Assembly (NCBI GenBank): GCA_017390525.1
Contig: JAFPBJ010000170.1
Span: forward strand, 1-61,937
Direction: 5' to 3'
Length of the DNA: 61,937 bases
From: Lachnospiraceae bacterium
Lineage (GTDB): Bacteria > Bacillota > Clostridia > Lachnospirales > Lachnospiraceae
Shown: piece by piece, positions 58,100-61,937 of the stretch
How the letters are laid out: every line of letters begins with the position of its first letter
How positions within the stretch are numbered: the stretch's first letter is position 1
The notes under the pieces: model-generated
Seen by the model: only the letters and a program-made list of their open reading frames with translations
What the model was told of the DNA's origin: nothing
The model's database searches: none
Position numbers and translations under genes: made by a program

Positions 58100-59020
58100 A
58101 TGGAAGAAATTACATTATTTGTAGAAAAAGAAAATAATCAAATGCGAATTGATAAGTATTTGTGTGAAGTATTACCAGAGTATTCTAGGTCTTATTTACA
58201 AAAATTATGTAAGGAATCTTGTGTTACAGTAAACAAAAAAGAAGTAAAGGCAAACTATAAAGTAAGCGAAGGCGACACTGTTTTATTAACCTTACCTGAG
58301 CCCAAAAGTCTTGATATTAGTCCAGAGGATATTCCTCTGGATATTTTATATGAAGACGAGGATGTGTTATTAGTAAATAAACCAAAAGGAATGGTGGTAC
58401 ATCCTAGTGCAGGACACACTAGTGGAACATTAGTAAATGCTCTTTTATATCACTGTAAAGATAACTTATCGACTATTAATGGTGTATTACGACCTGGAAT
58501 TGTCCATCGAATTGATATGGATACCACAGGGGTATTAATTGTATGCAAAAATGATTACTCCCACCAATTTATTTCAGAACAGTTAAAGGAACATACCATA
58601 ACACGCAAATATCATTTAATCGTTTATGATAACCTAAAAGAGGATGAGGGAACTATTACAGGTCCCATTGGACGTCATCCAAGAGAAAGAAAGAAAATGG
58701 CCATTGTTCCAAATGGAAAAAATGCTGTAACTCACTATAAGGTATTAGAACGATTTTCTAACTATACTTATGTAGAGTGTCAACTTGAAACAGGCAGAAC
58801 TCATCAAATTCGTGTTCATATGGCAAGTATTCATCATCCATTACTAGGTGATACCGTATATGGCCCTCAAAAAAAATCTCAATTTTCTTTACAAGGTCAA
58901 ACGTTACATGCTATGGTACTAGGCTTTATTCATCCAACTACAAAGGAATATATGGAATTTAGTTCACCCTTACCTAAATACTTTCAAGAAATATTAAGCA
59001 AATTAAGAAATGGAATCTAG
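58100..59020 (+). CDS. rluD: RluA-family 23S rRNA pseudouridine synthase (RluD-like) with S4 domain
   Basis: MRIDKYL S4 motif, catalytic HRIDMDTTGVLIV, and GRTHQIRVHM. Confidence 0.85.
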   Translation: MEEITLFVEKENNQMRIDKYLCEVLPEYSRSYLQKLCKESCVTVNKKEVKANYKVSEGDTVLLTLPEPKSLDISPEDIPLDILYEDEDVLLVNKPKGMVVHPSAGHTSGTLVNALLYHCKDNLSTINGVLRPGIVHRIDMDTTGVLIVCKNDYSHQFISEQLKEHTITRKYHLIVYDNLKEDEGTITGPIGRHPRERKKMAIVPNGKNAVTHYKVLERFSNYTYVECQLETGRTHQIRVHMASIHHPLLGDTVYGPQKKSQFSLQGQTLHAMVLGFIHPTTKEYMEFSSPLPKYFQEILSKLRNGI

Positions 59021-59110
59021 TAAATTTTCACATTTATAGTATACAGATTTGATTTTTTATTGTATAATATTATCAATAAGATTTATTTACACAGAAGGGA
59101 GAATGATACC

Positions 59111-59743
59111 ATGAAAACGAATCAGATTATTACAATAGGACGACAATTTGGAAGTGGCGGAAAAGTAATAGGAGAAACATTAGCAAAAGAATTAGAAATT
59201 CCCTTTTATGACAAAAAAATATTATCAATTGCTGCAAAAGAAAGTGGTATGTGCGAGGAATTATTTGAAGACTTTGATGAAAAGCCTACCAATAGTTTTC
59301 TGTATTCCCTTGTTATGGATCCATATTCGCTAGGATATGGCAATACCAATGGTTTTAATGGGTTAGATATGCCTATTAACCAAAAAATCTTTTTAGCAGC
59401 CTTTGATGCAATTAAAAAAATTGCAAACGAAGGTCCTTGCGTTATTGTAGGTAGATGTGCTGATTATGCGTTAGATATGTATGAAAATTGCATTAATTTA
59501 TTTATTCATGCTCCAATTGATATTAGAATCAAACGTATTATGGAAACAGAATCTATCAATGAACAAAAGGCTAAGGAATTAATTCAGAAAAAAGACAAAC
59601 AACGTGCTAGCTACTATAACTATTATACTACAAAAAAATGGGGAGATATTAAAAGCTATGATTTATGCATTGATAGTAGTATTCTTGGCGTAGATGGTAC
59701 AGTTGCATTAATCAAACAATTTATTTCTATGAAAGAAAATTAA
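59111..59743 (+). CDS. Cytidylate-kinase-like family protein (P-loop NMP-kinase fold)
   Basis: ITIGRQFGSGG P-loop variant, VIVGRCADY, and KKDKQRASYYNYYT. The ORF-track start at 59060 has no RBS. Confidence 0.7.
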   Translation: MKTNQIITIGRQFGSGGKVIGETLAKELEIPFYDKKILSIAAKESGMCEELFEDFDEKPTNSFLYSLVMDPYSLGYGNTNGFNGLDMPINQKIFLAAFDAIKKIANEGPCVIVGRCADYALDMYENCINLFIHAPIDIRIKRIMETESINEQKAKELIQKKDKQRASYYNYYTTKKWGDIKSYDLCIDSSILGVDGTVALIKQFISMKEN

Positions 59744-59794
59744 AAATAACCGAAATATGATTATGCAAGAAAATTTTCCAAATAAAAATATGAA

Positions 59795-59820
59795 AGTCAG
59801 GAATTCGTTCCTGGCTTTTT
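59795..59820 (+). terminator. Rho-independent terminator after the cytidylate-kinase-like gene
   Basis: A 9-bp stem AGTCAGGAA / TTCCTGGCT (one G-U pair) with loop TTCG, running into TTTTT. Confidence 0.7.
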
Positions 59821-59943
59821 GTGTTATAACATTTTGCGTCTTATGTAAAATGTTATAAGAAAATGTTAAAAGGAAGCATAAGAAGATATAATTTCAACTA
59901 TTCGCAAAACACAGCTTTAACGAATAATACGATATGAAAATAA

Positions 59944-59983
59944 CAAAAAACTCATGTAAAGTCAATTTCACCTTTACATGAGT
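59944..59983 (-). terminator. Rho-independent terminator of the minus-strand GHL10 gene
   Basis: A 12-bp stem ACTCATGTAAAG / CTTTACATGAGT. The A-run at 59944-59950 reads as a T-run on the minus strand. Confidence 0.75.
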
Positions 59984-59998
59984 TTACAAATGTTTATT

Positions 59999-61777
59999 TT
60001 ATTTTTCCATTACATTTTTCATTTTTGTAATCGCCTTTTGTGGCGCACTGTATGTAAAGTAATCGTATCTATAATATCCATAGCCATCAATATTACCAAG
60101 CTTACGTCCATACTGAATTTGTTTTGCTAAAATATCGGTGTCTGTTTTCCATTCAGAGGTTTCAGAGCTTCCAGCTTTATATACAGCTAAACCAATATAT
60201 AAATTAACAATTTTTTTAGAGTTTAAATTACTCCATCTAGTACATACTTTATCATATGGAGCTGTAGAATGCTTAAATCCCCAATAAATTTGTGGACAGA
60301 TATAATCGATATACCCTGGATTATTAAGCCATGTTTTAATATCTACATAATGCTGTAAATCACTAGTTAAGTTGTCAATATTACCTGCAGGACTAATTCC
60401 AAATACAACAGATTTATCTTCGTCTTTGATTGCCTTATATACTTGTTTTACCAAAAGATTTACGTTGCTTCGTCTCCAGCTTGCAATAGACTTGTAATTT
60501 GTTCCGTTTTCTTTGCATTTTTCTACATAAGCCTTATATTCTGGTGCATCAAATGCGGTTTTTACATTACTTGAACTAAAGGTTGGATAGAAATAATCAT
60601 CAAAATGAATTCCATCTACATCATAATTTTGTACAATTTCCTTTACACCATTGGTAATTAGGTTTCTTACTGCTGGTTTTGAAGGATTATAATACAAATT
60701 ACCATTGTAGCTTAATACATTACGTTTTGTAGAGGCATTACTGTTCCATTTTCTCGCTGGATGGCTGGCAGGAAGTGCGCTATAGCTAGTTGAACCTAAG
60801 GTAACACGATATGGATTAATCCATGCATGAATCTCTAAATTACGCTTGTGTGCAGCTTCTACCATATATTCTAATGGATCATAGCCAGGATTTTTTCCCA
60901 TTGTTCCTGAAACGTACTTAGACCAAGGAAAATAATTGGAGCGATACATAGCATCACTAAATGGACGAACTTGTACAATTACTGCATCCATATTTAGGGA
61001 AACACATTTATCAAACATTTGATTTATTTTATTTTCAAATTGGGCTTTTGTTTTAGCAGTAGCACCGTATTCTAAATAGGAAATCCATATAGCATTCCAT
61101 TCCATTTCCACCTTCACTACTTTTACTCTTTTATTTCCAGCCTTATCCGTTACCAATACAGAATAATACCCACCTTTTGTAGCTGTAAATTTTTTTGTTT
61201 TTGTAATATCTTTTGCTTTTAGATTCCAAATTGCACTATTTGCATCGTTTACCTTTCCATTAAACCAAAGGATACTTTTAATTCCACTATCATCCTTTGC
61301 AGTAACGGATACAGTTGCTTTTTGAGCCATTACCTTATAGTTAACCCAAACACTAGGCTGTTTTGTATCAATATTATTGATTTGAAAGGATTTTACAGCG
61401 GTTTTTCCTGTAACAGTTTGGGTATATACAGTGTAAATTCCATTTTCCTTTATGGTTATGGTTCCTGTAGCCTTTGCACTGCTTTGTTGAGTTACCTTTA
61501 CTGTTGTTCCACTAGCTTTAAAAGCAGCTGCTGTCTTTTTTCCACTTTGCACCTTTATGTTTTTTATTTTATCTTTGGCAGTAGTGTCAATTTTTACTTT
61601 TACGCTGCCTTTGGTTGGGTTTAAAGTGCTTTTTGTTATTTTTATCGTTGGTGTAATCGGTGCTGTTGCTCCATAAATTGAAGCTTCATTTCCGAAAGTA
61701 CTTAATAAGGCAACCATACAAATCATTATTATCATGTTTGCAAAAAAGGCCTTTTTATGGTTCAAATATTGTTTCAT
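59999..61777 (-). CDS. Secreted glycoside-hydrolase-like family 10 (GHL10/DUF4015, YngK-like) protein with two N-terminal Ig-like modules
   Basis: Signal peptide, then two beta-rich modules of about 90 aa ending in GIYTVYTQTVTG and GGYYSVLVTDKAGN. The TIM-barrel part has DAVIVQVRPFSDAMY, GYDPLEYMVEAAHKRNLEIHAWINPY and GIHFDDYFYP. GAGGA precedes the Met at 61777. The ORF extends to 61798. Confidence 0.75.
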   Translation of the reverse strand: MKQYLNHKKAFFANMIIMICMVALLSTFGNEASIYGATAPITPTIKITKSTLNPTKGSVKVKIDTTAKDKIKNIKVQSGKKTAAAFKASGTTVKVTQQSSAKATGTITIKENGIYTVYTQTVTGKTAVKSFQINNIDTKQPSVWVNYKVMAQKATVSVTAKDDSGIKSILWFNGKVNDANSAIWNLKAKDITKTKKFTATKGGYYSVLVTDKAGNKRVKVVKVEMEWNAIWISYLEYGATAKTKAQFENKINQMFDKCVSLNMDAVIVQVRPFSDAMYRSNYFPWSKYVSGTMGKNPGYDPLEYMVEAAHKRNLEIHAWINPYRVTLGSTSYSALPASHPARKWNSNASTKRNVLSYNGNLYYNPSKPAVRNLITNGVKEIVQNYDVDGIHFDDYFYPTFSSSNVKTAFDAPEYKAYVEKCKENGTNYKSIASWRRSNVNLLVKQVYKAIKDEDKSVVFGISPAGNIDNLTSDLQHYVDIKTWLNNPGYIDYICPQIYWGFKHSTAPYDKVCTRWSNLNSKKIVNLYIGLAVYKAGSSETSEWKTDTDILAKQIQYGRKLGNIDGYGYYRYDYFTYSAPQKAITKMKNVMEK

Positions 61778-61804
61778 AATAATCCTCATTTCTAACATAT
61801 TTGT

Positions 61805-61832
61805 TTCTTTATTTCTAGTTCTTTATTTCTAG
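61805..61832. repeat. Perfect 14-bp tandem direct repeat (2 copies)
   Basis: TTCTTTATTTCTAG occurs at 61805-61818 and again at 61819-61832. On the minus strand it starts at the stop codon of the upstream partial ORF. Confidence 0.85.
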
Positions 61833-61936
61833 CGTTTTGGTGGATAGGTGCTAAAACATTTTACTACTGTGTCATATACTGATTTTCCCACCTTATCAAG
61901 CTTTGATGTATTCTTTAAAATAGCTGCATCACTACT
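61829..61936 (-). CDS. Possible 3' end of an unidentified minus-strand gene (start outside window)
   Basis: A 35-codon open frame from the window edge (..SSDAAILKNTSKLDKVGKSVYDTVVKCFSTYPPKR*). The only support is the absence of stop codons in AT-rich DNA and co-orientation with the GHL10 gene. Confidence 0.3.
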   Translation of the reverse strand, partial: SSDAAILKNTSKLDKVGKSVYDTVVKCFSTYPPKR

Positions 61937-61937
61937 A

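Noticed and set aside
1-61937. Search for CRISPR arrays, IS or transposon ends, integrases, prophage genes and defence-island signatures
   Set aside because: Reading the window found no spaced direct-repeat arrays, no transposase, integrase or recombinase-like ORFs other than recU, and no long terminal inverted repeats. Intergenic gaps are 255 nt or shorter, and nearly every ORF has a housekeeping assignment.

Overview
Low-GC Firmicutes chromosome segment of the endospore-forming Clostridia type, judged from gene content (yqfC/yqfD, SpoVB-type flippase, mreBCD-minCDE-rodA-mgsA, sepF-divIVA). It holds about 63 tightly packed protein genes. Almost all are on the + strand, and many have overlapping or coupled start/stop codons. 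I found no rRNA, tRNA, CRISPR array, transposase, integrase or phage gene. Gene order: 3' fragment of an RHS/YD-repeat gene | small alarmone synthetase, rsmF-like, rsuA-like, HAD, YgiQ radical SAM, SDR, membrane ORF, RluA-type, recU | hisZ-hisG-hisD-hisB-(HisF-like::hisIE) | small TM ORF, alaS, CapA-like, rpsU | yqfC-yqfD-phoH-(PgpH-like)-ybeY-DUF3048-cdd | SpoVB/YtgP-type flippase, anchored ORF, two FAD proteins | proB-DUF896-MTHFS-proA | membrane ORF, miaB-mutS-mutL-miaA-ynbB | DUF4321-radC-mreB-mreC-mreD-PBP2-minC-minD-minE-rodA-mgsA | D,D-carboxypeptidase, DUF378 (-) | HlyD-like ORF, yggS-sepF-yggT-ylmH-divIVA-lspA-rluD | cytidylate-kinase-like | GHL10 glycosidase-like (-) | partial ORF (-). 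This looks like an ordinary core housekeeping, cell-envelope and sporulation region. I cannot point to a self-contained novel system (defence, toxin-antitoxin, secretion or mobile). The most unusual items are: (1) a short PgpH-like 7TM/HD protein whose HD metal ligands appear substituted, sitting in the conserved phoH-ybeY slot; (2) a reduced HisF-like barrel fused to HisIE in a his operon that lacks hisH/hisA/hisF/hisC; (3) an RHS gene that stops inside a YD repeat with no toxin tip; (4) a very long PBP2 with a roughly 230-aa insert and a Cys/His cluster; (5) a few perfect palindromes and a tandem repeat in intergenic DNA. All protein family calls come from reading motifs in the supplied translations by eye. 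No database search was run.
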